Assembly: GCA_963736855.1 (NCBI GenBank)
Contig: CAVTQK010000021.1
Coordinates: 64,001 to 128,000, forward strand
Direction of reading: 5' to 3'
Length of the DNA: 64,000 nt
Origin: an uncultured delta proteobacterium
Lineage (GTDB): Bacteria > Desulfobacterota > Desulfobacteria > Desulfobacterales > UBA2156
The stretch's first letter is position 1; every line of letters begins with the position of its first letter. The notes under the pieces were generated by a model. That model saw only the letters and a program-made list of their open reading frames with translations. It was not told the origin of the DNA and ran no database searches. This document shows, one piece after another, positions 50,682 through 60,891 of the stretch. The translations under genes and the position numbers were made by a program.

Positions 50682-50717
50682 AAAAAAGAAACGCCCCTGC
50701 AATAAAGCAGAGGCGTC
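50682..50717 (-). terminator. Intrinsic terminator of the candidate sRNA
   Basis: 11-bp GC-rich stem with G-U pairs followed by a U tract on the minus strand. Confidence 0.7.
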
Positions 50718-50750
50718 AAGCCGACGATACTATCGTCAGCGCTGTTATTT
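50682..50750 (-). ncRNA. Candidate ~70-nt small RNA antisense to the NYN gene leader
   Basis: Own promoter (50757-50785), hairpin GCTGACGA-TAGTA-TCGTCGGC, terminator GACGCCTCTGC-TTTATT-GCAGGGGCGTT + TCTTTTTT. Confidence 0.6.
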
Positions 50751-50756
50751 AGAATA

Positions 50757-50785
50757 AGTTTAAAGCGGATGTTCATGAAAGTCAA
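50757..50785 (-). promoter_or_regulatory. Sigma70-type promoter firing away from the NYN gene
   Basis: TTGACT (50785-50780) - 17 nt - TAAACT (50762-50757). Confidence 0.65.
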
Positions 50786-51409
50786 ATGAAAAGCGCCATG
50801 GAAAGAGTTATTGTCTACATTGATGGATTTAATCTGTATTTTGGATTAAAATCAAAGGGTTGGAAAAGGTATTATTGGCTTGACCTTCAGAAGCTGGCAA
50901 AAAACCTGCTAAAAGACCATCAGAGGCTGGTAGCTACCAAATACTTTACCTCTCGGGTTTCAGGGCCGCCAGAAAAAGTCAAAAGACAGGGAATCTATAT
51001 TGAGGCTCTGCAGACTCTGGATCATTTGCAGATTTTCTATGGCCATTATCTTACCAACACCATCGAATGCCGGAAATGTGGGGATGTTTTCCCCAAACCC
51101 AATGAAAAAATGACCGATGTGAACATTGCGGTTGAAATGTTGACCGATGCGTTTCGGGACGCATTTGATGCTGCTATTCTAATTTCAGCCGACAGCGATT
51201 TGACGGCGCCCTTAAAAAAAGTGAAACTGCTTTTTCCGTCAAAGAAAATTATCACTGCATTCCCTCCGGATCGTTTTTCGTTTGCGTTGAAGGAAACAAG
51301 CGATGCTTCCTTCTTTATCGGGAGAAAAAAATTAGCACAAAGCATTTTTCCTGATCATGTTACCAAATCAGACGGCTTTGTCCTTATCAGACCCGAACGC
51401 TGGAGATGA
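50786..51409 (+). CDS. NYN-domain (PIN-like) ribonuclease with CxxC insertion
   Basis: YIDGFNLY, CRKC, EKMTDVNIA, ISADSD. Confidence 0.9.
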   Translation: MKSAMERVIVYIDGFNLYFGLKSKGWKRYYWLDLQKLAKNLLKDHQRLVATKYFTSRVSGPPEKVKRQGIYIEALQTLDHLQIFYGHYLTNTIECRKCGDVFPKPNEKMTDVNIAVEMLTDAFRDAFDAAILISADSDLTAPLKKVKLLFPSKKIITAFPPDRFSFALKETSDASFFIGRKKLAQSIFPDHVTKSDGFVLIRPERWR

Positions 51410-51566
51410 ATGAACGTAAGTAAGCCTCATATTAAAAAATGATGAAAAGGAGATCAAGAGAAGCGGTGTCTGAAAGGGTACTCAAGGCTGAATAAAAGTT
51501 GTAAGGATATGGAGGGGATAAGCTGATTTAATGGCAAAGACAGGGATGACGTAATGGAGATAAATC

Positions 51567-53320
51567 ATGGCCCAAATTCAGTTTAAGGGAAAGTCGTTTG
51601 TTCAGAATCATCACTCTGACAGTCAAATACCATGAGCTGATTCCCAGAAAAGAGAAGAGCCTGACGGAAAAAGTCAGTCTGCATGACAACCTCATCATCC
51701 ACGGCGACAACCTGATTGCGCTGAAAGCTCTGCTTCCGATCTATGCCGGAAAAATCAAGTGCATTTATATCGATCCGCCTTACAATACCGGCAATGAGAA
51801 ATGGGTGTATAACGATAATGTCAATTCGCCGATGATGCAGGAATGGCTCGGCAAGATGGTCGATCGGGAAGACCTCACACGCCATGATAAATGGCTTTGC
51901 ATGATGATGCCGAGATTAAAACTTTTCAAAGAACTTCTTAGTGGGGATGGGGCAATTATAGTTATAACGATTGACGACAATGAGGTGACACACCTTCGGT
52001 GTCTGATGGATGAGGTTTTTGGCGAACAGTGTCGATTGGCATGTGCCATGGATGGCTGAACCAAGCGGAGTAAGGAGAAAACTGGCTTACGCGGAGGTCA
52101 TGAATATATATTCATCTATCACAACGGAGATCCTTCGAGTGTTACACAAGAGGAGAGATCGACAGGAGAATTGGATAGAAAAGACAAATGGGGTAAGTAT
52201 AGAAAGGGGAGGAGCTTCGCAAGTGGGTGGTGTCTCGCTTCGGACCGACCGCCTTGGACAATGGTTTGCACGCAAAGCGCCTGATGACCGAAGTCTACCC
52301 AATAAGAACATGGCGAAGAAGGACACTGGCGCTGGGGACCTAAAAATACCGAGATGCAGAAAATTGTCAATGACCCAGAATGTGCTCACTGGGAAAAGAG
52401 ACAGTTTGATAAGGGAGTTGTTTATAATGGGCAAACCGAAACGATGGGTCGCCATATGCTAAAATCCGAGACAAGAAACGTTCTGTAGGTTGGAGCACAC
52501 TGGCTGGACACATACGGGTTTAACGCTGATGGAACAAGAGAATTAAAGGAGATATTTGGTAGAAGGAGTTGTTCCTCAAACACTCTGAAACCCTGGAAAG
52601 ATGTTGGAAGCACACGCCATTCAAAACAGGAATTGAGCGAAATTATGGCTGCCGGGGCAAATGAAGATTTATTTGTTACACCGAAACCAATGAATTTATT
52701 GCGTCGCATTCTCAGAATAGCTGCTGAAAACGACTCCCTTGTCCTGGATTCCTTTGCCGGATCAGGCCCATTGGCCCATGCTGTTCTTGCTCTCAACAAA
52801 GAAGACGGCGGAAATCGAAAATTCATTCTCGTTGAATGTGAAGATTACGCCGACAAAATCACCGCAGAGCGGGTTCGACGCGTTATCAAAGGCGTTCCAA
52901 ATGCAAAAGATGAGAATCTTAAAAAGGGACTCGGCGGGACATTCAGCTATTTTGAACTGGGAAAAGCCATCGAACTGGAGAGTATTCTTTCCGGAGACGG
53001 GTTGCCCACATACGAAGAACTGGCCCGGTATATATTTTACACGGCCACAGGCGAGGAATTTGATCCAAAGGCCATGAATGAAAAGAAGAACTTTGTCGGC
53101 GAGAGCAGGAATTACAAGGTCTATCTTTTCTATGAGCCGGACATTGAAAAGCTGAAAAATATCGCCTTGACGCTGGAGCGGGCAAAGTCCATTGGAAAGT
53201 ACCGGGGAAAAGAGACGGCTGGTTTTTGCGCCGACCAAATACCTGGATCAGGCCCATCTGGACGAACTGCGGATTGACTTTGCCCAGCTTCCTTTTGAAA
53301 TTTATGAACTTGCGCGGTGA
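51567..53320 (+). pseudogene. mod: Type III R-M methyltransferase (Mod), multiple frameshifts
   Basis: IHGDNL, IYIDPPYNTG, TPKP, DSFAGSG, C-terminal LVFAPTKY...FAQLPFEIY spread over several frames; breaks may be sequence errors. Confidence 0.85.
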
Positions 53321-53323
53321 GAT

Positions 53324-55852
53324 ATGGAACTTAAAGAATACCAGTTGCGCGCCCTATCAGAGGCAAAGGCTTATTTCGAGCTTTTAGCCGACTGGAAACA
53401 GAAGGCCCGAACAAATCCCGGAGGCTGAAATAGATTTTCCAGCCAAGGCCTGGGAGAAAGCCGGCATCAGAAGCAGCTACCGCCCTCGCAAGAATGGAAT
53501 CGGTCAACCCCTTCCCAATTTCTGCCTCAAAATTCCCACCGGCGGCGGCAAAACACTGCTGGCGGTTAAGATTATCGATCTGGTCAACCTGGTTTACCGC
53601 AAAAAAAGGACCGGACTTGTTCTGTGGATCGTGCCTACCACTCAGATCTATCGCCAAACCATCTTGAGTCTGAAAGACCGGGATCATCCCTACCGGCAGC
53701 ATCTGGATCTGGCTAGCGGAGGCCGTACGGTTATCTTCGAAAAAACGGACCGATTTTCACCGCTGGATGTTCAAGAAAACCTCGTTGTTTTAATGCTCAT
53801 GCTGCCGTCGGCCAATCGCCTGACCAAAGAGACGCTTAAGGTTTTTAAGGACAGCGGGGGTTTTCAGGACTTTTTTCCAGCCGAGGACGATGTACAGGGG
53901 CAGGAAAAAATTCTGAAAGATATTCCTAATCTGGATACCTATGAGAAAGAAAGCGGGTTCTGGGGAAAACAGGTAAAGACTTCTCTTGGGAACACCCTAC
54001 GGACTTTATCACCGGTAATCATTTTAGATGAAGGGCATAAAGCCTATAGCGAAGGCGCTCAAAATACCCTGCGCGGATTCAATCCCAGCATCATTATTGA
54101 GCTGTCGGCCACACCTTCAAAAGAAAGCAATATTCTGGTCGATATATCCGGCCGGGAGCTGCATCGCGAGGAGATGATCAAGCTTGATCTTCATGTGATC
54201 AACAAGGTGAGTCCGGATTGGAAAGATACATTGCTGGCAGGCGTCAACAAAAGAAACATTCTGGAGCATAAGGCGCGGGAGTATGAAGCTAATTCCGGCG
54301 TCACATATTCGCCCCATCTGCCTGATTCAGGTTGAGCGGACAGGGAAAGAGCAGAGAGGAACCCGGTATATCCATTCCGAAGATGTGCGCGAACATCTCA
54401 TTAAAACAGTCGGAATTCCGAAGGAGCAGGTGGCGGTTAAGACCAGCGAAAAGGATGAACTCAAAGAGGTTGATGATATCGGCGGTTTAATGAATCCGGA
54501 TTGTCAAATTCGTTTCATCATCACCAAACAGGCCCTTGCAGGAGGGATGGGATTGCGCCTTTGCCTACGTATTGGTTGTCCTGACAAATCCTGCTTCAAA
54601 GAATGCCTTGACGCAACTGGTGGGCCGGATACTCCGGCAGCCGGGGGCGCGAAAGACCAGAATCCGGGAACTCGATGAGAGTTACGTGTTCTGCTTCAAG
54701 CAAAATGCCAATAAGCTGCTGGCAAGCATCAGAGACGGTTTCAGTCGCGAAGGACTCGGTGATCTGAAAGGGCAGATTGTTTCAGAATCGGATGAAGATC
54801 GAGTGGGAGAGGAGGAAAAGGAACGCGTCATTAAAATACGGGATCGGTTCATCAAAGCGGCCGAAGGCACGGTATTGCCGGTATTCATGATAAAGCGCAA
54901 AAACGCATGGTTCCCGGTTAATTATGAGATGGATATTGCATCAAAAATTCAATGGGATGCGGTAACTCTCGATCCCATTTTTTCTCTTGCCCTATCCCTG
55001 TCTGAGGAAAAGGACATGGAGCATATTGCGACACTTTCAGATAACATCAGAAAAGTGATCGAGGAGAAGAAAGCGATACAACTAAAGGAAGGCGGTATTC
55101 GAGTTGATCCTGTTTTTATGACCCGCCAGCTATGTGATATTGTTCCAAATCCATGGATGGCCCATGAATTTGCCAGGGTGACGCTTATCCGTTTAGCCGA
55201 AAAATATGATCAAAAGATGATTGCCAATAATTTTGTTTTTATCATCGAAGAGCTCCGCAAGCAGCTTGACCGCGAAAAAGACCGCCTGTCCGAGATGATC
55301 TTCAAAGAGATGCTTGGTTTAGGACAGATGAAATTCCTGGTGATTGGAGAAAAGTTTGATTTTACCTTCCCGGAATCGATCAAGGTCAAACCTTCAGCCA
55401 AGATATTGAACCGTAGGGACGGCAGACCGCTTCAACTGAGTCTTTTTGAATTCGTCCCCGAAGACGAATTCAATGAAACCGAAAAGGCCGTGGCCTGGTA
55501 CCTTGAAGGTCAAAAGAGGCTTTTTTTCTGGTATAGGAACCGTTCGAGGCAGGACTATGCCATACAGGGTTGGAGGAAGCACAAAATTTATCCGGACTTC
55601 ATATTCACTTCTGTTTCTGCAGAAAATGAGGAAGATTATGATCAGGTTTATGTCGTCGAAACCAAGGGGCTTCATTTGATCGGAAGTTCGGATACGAATT
55701 ATAAACGCAGGATGTTTTCCCTTTGTAATAAGGAAGCCAAGGCAAAAAGATGGGTTGACCTGGGGCTTATGATGAAGGAAAAAATTTTACGATTCGAGGT
55801 GTTGGCAGAGGATGAGTGGGAGTCGAAATTGAACGAAATGCTGCGATCGTAA
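53324..55852 (+). pseudogene. res: Type III R-M restriction subunit (Res; SF2 helicase + nuclease), three frameshifts
   Basis: LKEYQ, PTGGGKT, DEGH, SAT, EGWD, QLVGRILR, PDF...VETKG; shifts at ~53408, ~54303, ~54535. Confidence 0.85.
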
Positions 55853-55977
55853 GAATGCCAAGGCTTTTTATTTGGAATAGATTGAATCGGCCAACTTGCT
55901 GCCCAAACGGGATCAATATACAGACAAACCCCATACAAGTGATTGAACTGTTTTAACCGTAAAGTCATAAGCAGGTT

Positions 55978-56166
55978 ATGAAACTCAAAATAGATCATGA
56001 GGCCGATGCGCTTCACCTGACCCTTGATGAATCGGATGCCGTGGAATCAGAGGAGGTTTCACCCGGCATCATTGTGGACTATAACGCCGATAACCATGTG
56101 GTCGGCATCGAAATACTTTATTTATCCAAAAGGACACTGAAGCTTGATAAAGGAAGGCCTCTTTAG
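55978..56166 (+). CDS. DUF2283-like putative antitoxin
   Basis: MKLKIDHEADALHL...SEEVSPGIIVDY....VVGIEIL. Confidence 0.8.
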   Translation: MKLKIDHEADALHLTLDESDAVESEEVSPGIIVDYNADNHVVGIEILYLSKRTLKLDKGRPL

Positions 56167-56273
56167 TTTTTAAAGGATTCTTTCCACTACGGCGAAGAGG
56201 TGCTTAAAGTGTTTAAAGTATAACTCGCAAGATAGGTGTTCCAGGTTTGCTTAACAAAGAGATGAATGTTAAA

Positions 56274-56576
56274 ATGACCATCAATTACAATTTTGAGTGG
56301 GATCCCATAAAGGCCCATGATAACCGGGATAAACACGCTGTGACTTTTGACGAGGCAGCAACGGTATTCAGGGATCCAAAGGCCCTTTCCATATTTGACC
56401 CGGACCATAGTGACTCTGAAGACAGATGGATCACTTTGGGTATTTCGGAAAAAGGAAGACTATTGATCGTCATTCATACTTTTCAGAAACAAAGTGAAAA
56501 TGCAATTACGATCAGAATTATTTCAAGCCGGAAAGCAACAAAAAAAGAAAATAAAACCTATGGTGAACGAACATGA
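56274..56576 (+). CDS. brnT: BrnT family toxin
   Basis: FEWDPIKA..NRDKH.VTF, EDRW..LG, IRIISSRKAT. Confidence 0.9.
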   Translation: MTINYNFEWDPIKAHDNRDKHAVTFDEAATVFRDPKALSIFDPDHSDSEDRWITLGISEKGRLLIVIHTFQKQSENAITIRIISSRKATKKENKTYGERT

Positions 56577-56770
56577 AAAAAGAGTATGATTTTTCAAAAG
56601 GTGAAAGAGGCAAATTTTATCATCCGGATATGAAGCTGAATATTCCTATTTATCTCGATGAGGAAGTTTCTGCATTTGTTGAGAAAATCGCCACAAAAAA
56701 AGGGCTTGATCGATCATCGGTGGTAAATGAGATTCTCAGAGGCGATATAAAAATCGCCGAGGCAATGTAA
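56573..56770 (+). CDS. BrnA/CopG-like antitoxin
   Basis: MKKEYDFSKGERGKFY, RHH-like C-terminus; ATGA overlap with brnT. Confidence 0.8.
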   Translation: MKKEYDFSKGERGKFYHPDMKLNIPIYLDEEVSAFVEKIATKKGLDRSSVVNEILRGDIKIAEAM

Positions 56771-56872
56771 TGGGCCGCTTTCAGCGGTAAAAGTTCAGGA
56801 CTGGCCGGCACAGGTATTTGCATTCCCTCAACGAATTGAAATTGATAGTATTATTTTTTTGACCAATTTTTC

Positions 56873-56910
56873 TTGACTGCCAAAGGCGATGTAATTACAA
56901 TGTGCTTACA
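56873..56910 (+). promoter_or_regulatory. mazEF promoter with operator palindrome
   Basis: TTGACT - 17 nt - TACAAT; palindrome TGTAATTACA overlapping the -10 and an imperfect copy TGTGCTTACA. Confidence 0.65.
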
Positions 56911-56932
56911 AGATATTTTAAGGAGATCTGTC

Positions 56933-57187
56933 ATGAGAGCGCGCATTGTAAAAATCGGTAATTCCCAGGGAGTTCGGCTGCCCAAGCCGATCATCGAACA
57001 GGCGGGAATATCGGAGGATGTGGATATTGTCGTTGAAAATGAAAAAATCATCATCCGTCCGGTTTCCAGGCCACGGTCCGGATGGGATGAAGCGTTTGAA
57101 AAGATGGCGAAACATCGTGACGACCTGCTGATCGATGCGGAACCGCCGATATCGCATTCCTGGGATGAGACGGAATGGCAATGGTAA
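56933..57187 (+). CDS. mazE: AbrB/MazE family antitoxin
   Basis: KIGNSQGVRLPK, C-terminal WDETEWQW. Confidence 0.9.
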   Translation: MRARIVKIGNSQGVRLPKPIIEQAGISEDVDIVVENEKIIIRPVSRPRSGWDEAFEKMAKHRDDLLIDAEPPISHSWDETEWQW

Positions 57188-57504
57188 TCAAACGCTTTGA
57201 CGTCTATTTGATCAACTTGGATCCTACGGTAGGTTCGGAAATTCAAAAGATACGCCCCTGTCTCATCATTTCGCCCGATGAAATGAACCGGCACATTAAA
57301 ACCGTTATCGTAGCCCCCATGACCACAGCCGGAAAAGCTTATCCCACCCGCGTATTTTGTAAATTTCAAGGCAAGAAAGGGCAGATCGTATTGGATCAAA
57401 TACGCACGATTGATAAATCACGGCTTATCAAAAGGGCGGGCGCGATCGATCCTCAAATTCAGGCCGAAGTGATTTCAACCCTGCAATCCATGTTTGCGTA
57501 CTAA
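57175..57504 (+). CDS. mazF: PemK/MazF family toxin
   Basis: LDPTVGSEIQKIRPCLIISP, DQIRTIDKSRL. Confidence 0.92.
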   Translation: MAMVIKRFDVYLINLDPTVGSEIQKIRPCLIISPDEMNRHIKTVIVAPMTTAGKAYPTRVFCKFQGKKGQIVLDQIRTIDKSRLIKRAGAIDPQIQAEVISTLQSMFAY

Positions 57505-57623
57505 ATTCGTCAATCTCAATGGCCTTTGGCAACCCGGGAATAAGTTCTTCAATACATGGAAAAACCGACTTCAGTTTTAAAAGAATTCTTTCTGGGGTCT
57601 TTACCGGATAAGTGAGAAAAGCC

Positions 57624-58250
57624 ATGAACGAAAGACTGTATCTGCTGAAAATCAGACTCGTTGACATTAAACCCACAATCTGGAGGCGCTTTGTGGTGCC
57701 TGCCGACATTACTCTGGATCGACTCCACGATGTGATTCAGATTGTGATGGGCTGGGAGGACTACCACTTGCATCAGTTCATCATCAATGGAAAATGGTAC
57801 ACGGAAAGTCCCGAATCACGGGAAGACGGGCTTGAATGCGGGAGATATCGGCTTGGAGATCTGATCAAAAAGAAGGGAAGCAGTTTCAGTTATCTGTACG
57901 ATTTTGGCGACAATTGGGAGCATGAGGTCATGATAGAGGATAGTCGCTACTCCAACCCGGAACTTCAGTTTCCAATTGAATGCCTGGATGGTGCCGGGGC
58001 CTGTCCTCCCGAAGATGTGGGGGGTGTCCCTGGATATGATGAGTTCTGCAAAGCCTTAAAAGATCCGACTCATGAAGCACACAAGAGCCTAAAAGAATGG
58101 TGGTTCGGTTTTCATAGGGATGAAGGTGATTTTGACAGCAAGCGGTTCGATGTCGAAATGGTGAATAATGAGCTGCTAAATTATATGAGGTGGGCGCGGG
58201 ACAGGTTCAGACCATGGCATGAGGGGAAACCAATTAAAGGCTCCCGATGA
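57624..58250 (+). CDS. Plasmid pRiA4b ORF-3 family protein
   Basis: IWRR, LHDVIQ..MGW..HLHQF, YLYDFGDNWEH, CPPEDVGG. Confidence 0.9.
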   Translation: MNERLYLLKIRLVDIKPTIWRRFVVPADITLDRLHDVIQIVMGWEDYHLHQFIINGKWYTESPESREDGLECGRYRLGDLIKKKGSSFSYLYDFGDNWEHEVMIEDSRYSNPELQFPIECLDGAGACPPEDVGGVPGYDEFCKALKDPTHEAHKSLKEWWFGFHRDEGDFDSKRFDVEMVNNELLNYMRWARDRFRPWHEGKPIKGSR

Positions 58251-58278
58251 TGGCTTCTTGAGAATGGGGAAAATAACA

Positions 58279-58743
58279 ATGGCAATAAGAGAAGAGTTAA
58301 GAAAACAGGGAAACTGGCTTTTCAGGTGGCGTAGCTATCTGCCCCTGATTATGATTGTAATCGTTCTAGTGGCGATGAGTTATTTTGAGTATCCGGGTCA
58401 TAGTGAAGAATATGATGATATATGGGAAATAATTTGCATGCTCGTATCATTTTCAGGGGTTGGACTCCGTTTTTTCACAATCGGATATACACCGAAGGGA
58501 ACATCAGGAACAAACACACGGAATCAGATAGCAGAAATTTTAAATACCGCAGGAATGTATTCGATAGTGAGACATCCCTTATATTTAGGCAATTTCATAA
58601 TCTGGTTCGGTTTATCTGCGTTTTTTCATCTATGGTGGTTCAGTCTCATTGTTATACTCATATTTTGGCTATATTATGAGAGAATAATATTTGCCGAGGA
58701 AGCAAGAAATCAATGGATCAAAAAACACAGGAAGAATCCATAA
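58279..58743 (+). pseudogene. Isoprenylcysteine carboxyl methyltransferase family (LmtA-like) membrane protein, probably 3'-truncated
   Basis: GNWLFRWRSYLP, GMYSIVRHPLYLGN, YERIIFAEE then an abrupt end. Confidence 0.65.
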
Positions 58744-58804
58744 TTGGAGTTCGGCGGAGTCCGGCAAATGCAGGGAACTACGGCACATGCAATAGGAAAC
58801 GCAG

Positions 58805-59512
58805 ATGAAATTAGAAAATCAGCTACATGATTCGGCCATGGCTTGGGGTGCAGACTATTTCGGCATTGCCGATTTGACCCCTGCTCGTGATACGATTCTC
58901 GAACAAGGCGGAACTGAAATCGCCCAGTACTCACGCTCCATTTCAGTTGGAATCGCCCTGTTTCATACGATTGTAAACCAGTTATTCCGACGCCCCGACC
59001 GTTCGGTAGCAGTCAGCTATCGATCCCATTGCTACGACGTAATAAACGTGCGCCTTGACCAAATAATCTCCCGTGTAGCAAGTATCTTGCAGCGTGGGGG
59101 GCACAGCGCCTTCCCTATTCCTGCGTCAAAGCGAGTGGATGATGATCGAATCTGTGCCATCTTTTCTCACAAATTGAGTGCTCATCTGGCCGGGTTGGGC
59201 TGGATCGGGAAAAACTGCCTTCTGATTACTCCGGACATGGGGCCTCGGGTGCGTTGGGCGACGGTGTTGACCGATGCGCCCCTGGCACCAACAGGCCGAC
59301 CAATTGTTGAGCGTTGCGGGGATTGCCATGAGTGCGTGGATATTTGTCCGGTCGGGGGCTTCACGGGACAGCCGTTCCGAGCAGAGGAGCCGAGAGCAGC
59401 CCGTTTTGACGCCGGCAAATGTGATCGATACTTCTCCAAAATGAAAGAGAAGGATGCCGAAACGGCGGTATGCGGGTTGTGTTTGTACACGTGTCCTTAT
59501 GGAAGACACTGA
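58805..59512 (+). CDS. Epoxyqueuosine-reductase-like 4Fe-4S protein
   Basis: GLGWIGKN.LLI, GPRVR, CGDCHECVDICP, CGLCLYTCPYG. Confidence 0.85.
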   Translation: MKLENQLHDSAMAWGADYFGIADLTPARDTILEQGGTEIAQYSRSISVGIALFHTIVNQLFRRPDRSVAVSYRSHCYDVINVRLDQIISRVASILQRGGHSAFPIPASKRVDDDRICAIFSHKLSAHLAGLGWIGKNCLLITPDMGPRVRWATVLTDAPLAPTGRPIVERCGDCHECVDICPVGGFTGQPFRAEEPRAARFDAGKCDRYFSKMKEKDAETAVCGLCLYTCPYGRH

Positions 59513-59741
59513 CAAGGATGATAAAAGGGCTTTAAATTTTTGGTAATAATCTTTCATGGCATCTTCTATAGTTGAGGTTGCGATCTGCCCCTTGCAAATG
59601 GCTTTAAGGGGAGATACCCTATTTGAAATCGGCAGGATAGATGAGGGCAGTAACCATAGATAGATAATTTGGTGACGTATAAATGAGTTTGTTTATGCCG
59701 CGAAGCGGCTTTCTTGCACAGTATGATAGAACGAGGGAAAA

Positions 59742-60179
59742 ATGACTCACGCGAAAATTGGCGATAAGGTAAAGGTTCACTTTACAGGTACCTTGGAGGA
59801 CGGAACGATATTCGGCTCTACTCTAAACGAAGAGCCGTTCGAGTTTACTATCGGAGAAAAGAATATGCTGCCGGGTTTTGAGAAGGCGGTCATCGGCATG
59901 CAAAAAGGAGATACAAAGACCATCACGCTTCCACCGGGTGATGGTTATGGTGCTTACAATGAAAAACTCATATTTGCTATGGAGCGATCCGGTTTTCCCA
60001 AGGAAATATCTTTGGAAATTGGGAAACGGCTGAGAGTTCGCGCTCAAGATGGAAAATATATCATGGTTACCATCATAGGCTTCAATGAAGACAGTATCGT
60101 GTTGGATAAAAACGATCCCCTTGCAGGCAAAACCCTGACTTTTAAAATCAAGCTGATTGAAATTAGAAAAAAACACTAA
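59742..60179 (+). CDS. FKBP-type peptidyl-prolyl isomerase (SlyD-like)
   Basis: VHFTGTLEDG, PGFEKA, NDPLAGKTLTF. Confidence 0.9.
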   Translation: MTHAKIGDKVKVHFTGTLEDGTIFGSTLNEEPFEFTIGEKNMLPGFEKAVIGMQKGDTKTITLPPGDGYGAYNEKLIFAMERSGFPKEISLEIGKRLRVRAQDGKYIMVTIIGFNEDSIVLDKNDPLAGKTLTFKIKLIEIRKKH

Positions 60180-60335
60180 ATTGAATTGTTACAGAGGCTA
60201 TCTACGGAGTGCATGTTCTACCAAGCGGCGATCCGGGGTTGATCAAAATTCCATTCACAAATCTGATGATTCCTCCATTCCCCACCCGCACCTCATCCTG
60301 CCATGTAGCGTAATTCAATTTCGCCGGGGCTACGA

Positions 60336-60776
60336 CTATCCGCCGGATGATTCACGGGCGCGCGAGGCTTTGGTTGCCGCCTTGCCATTGAATTTGGCGG
60401 CGTCGATAACGAATCTTTCGTGAGTTCCTTCCGAGATCTTCTCCAAGCCGTCGTCTGCAACGAGTGAAAAAGTGAGCTTACGTCCCTCGACTTTTTCGAG
60501 CTTGCCTTTGACCGTAACTGTCAGCCCCGGCGGCGTTGCTGCTATATGATTTAATTTGATATCGATTCCGACAGTCTGCTCCCTCGGCCAATCGATATGA
60601 GGATTCACGGCCCTTATGCACGCCCATTCGAAGATCCCTACCATAAAGCCTGTCGCGAGCACCTTGGGCATAACCTGAAATTCCGGTGATTCCGGGTAAA
60701 GATAAGGTACCGTCTTGTTTTCAGTGACTTTGAAGCTGAATTCGAAGGAAAGACCGGCATGCAGCGTATCTTTCAC
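60336..60776 (-). CDS. FlK-like hotdog thioesterase
   Basis: VLAT..M...E, TVG....HIAATPPG, GTHERF; GTG start after AGGAGG. Confidence 0.88.
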   Translation of the reverse strand: MKDTLHAGLSFEFSFKVTENKTVPYLYPESPEFQVMPKVLATGFMVGIFEWACIRAVNPHIDWPREQTVGIDIKLNHIAATPPGLTVTVKGKLEKVEGRKLTFSLVADDGLEKISEGTHERFVIDAAKFNGKAATKASRARESSGG

Positions 60777-60891
60777 AATGCACCTCCTTTGATGAACGTT
60801 CCGTTTTCCCTATTTTCCTTGCTTTGAGATTCTGCTATAAATAATAAATAAGTCAAATGAATTATTTTTATAGGTTTTATTAGCAGGACTT

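Noticed and set aside
51567..53320. Phase-variable mod gene
   Set aside because: No simple-sequence repeat tract; the frameshifts are scattered single-base insertions that also affect neighbouring genes.
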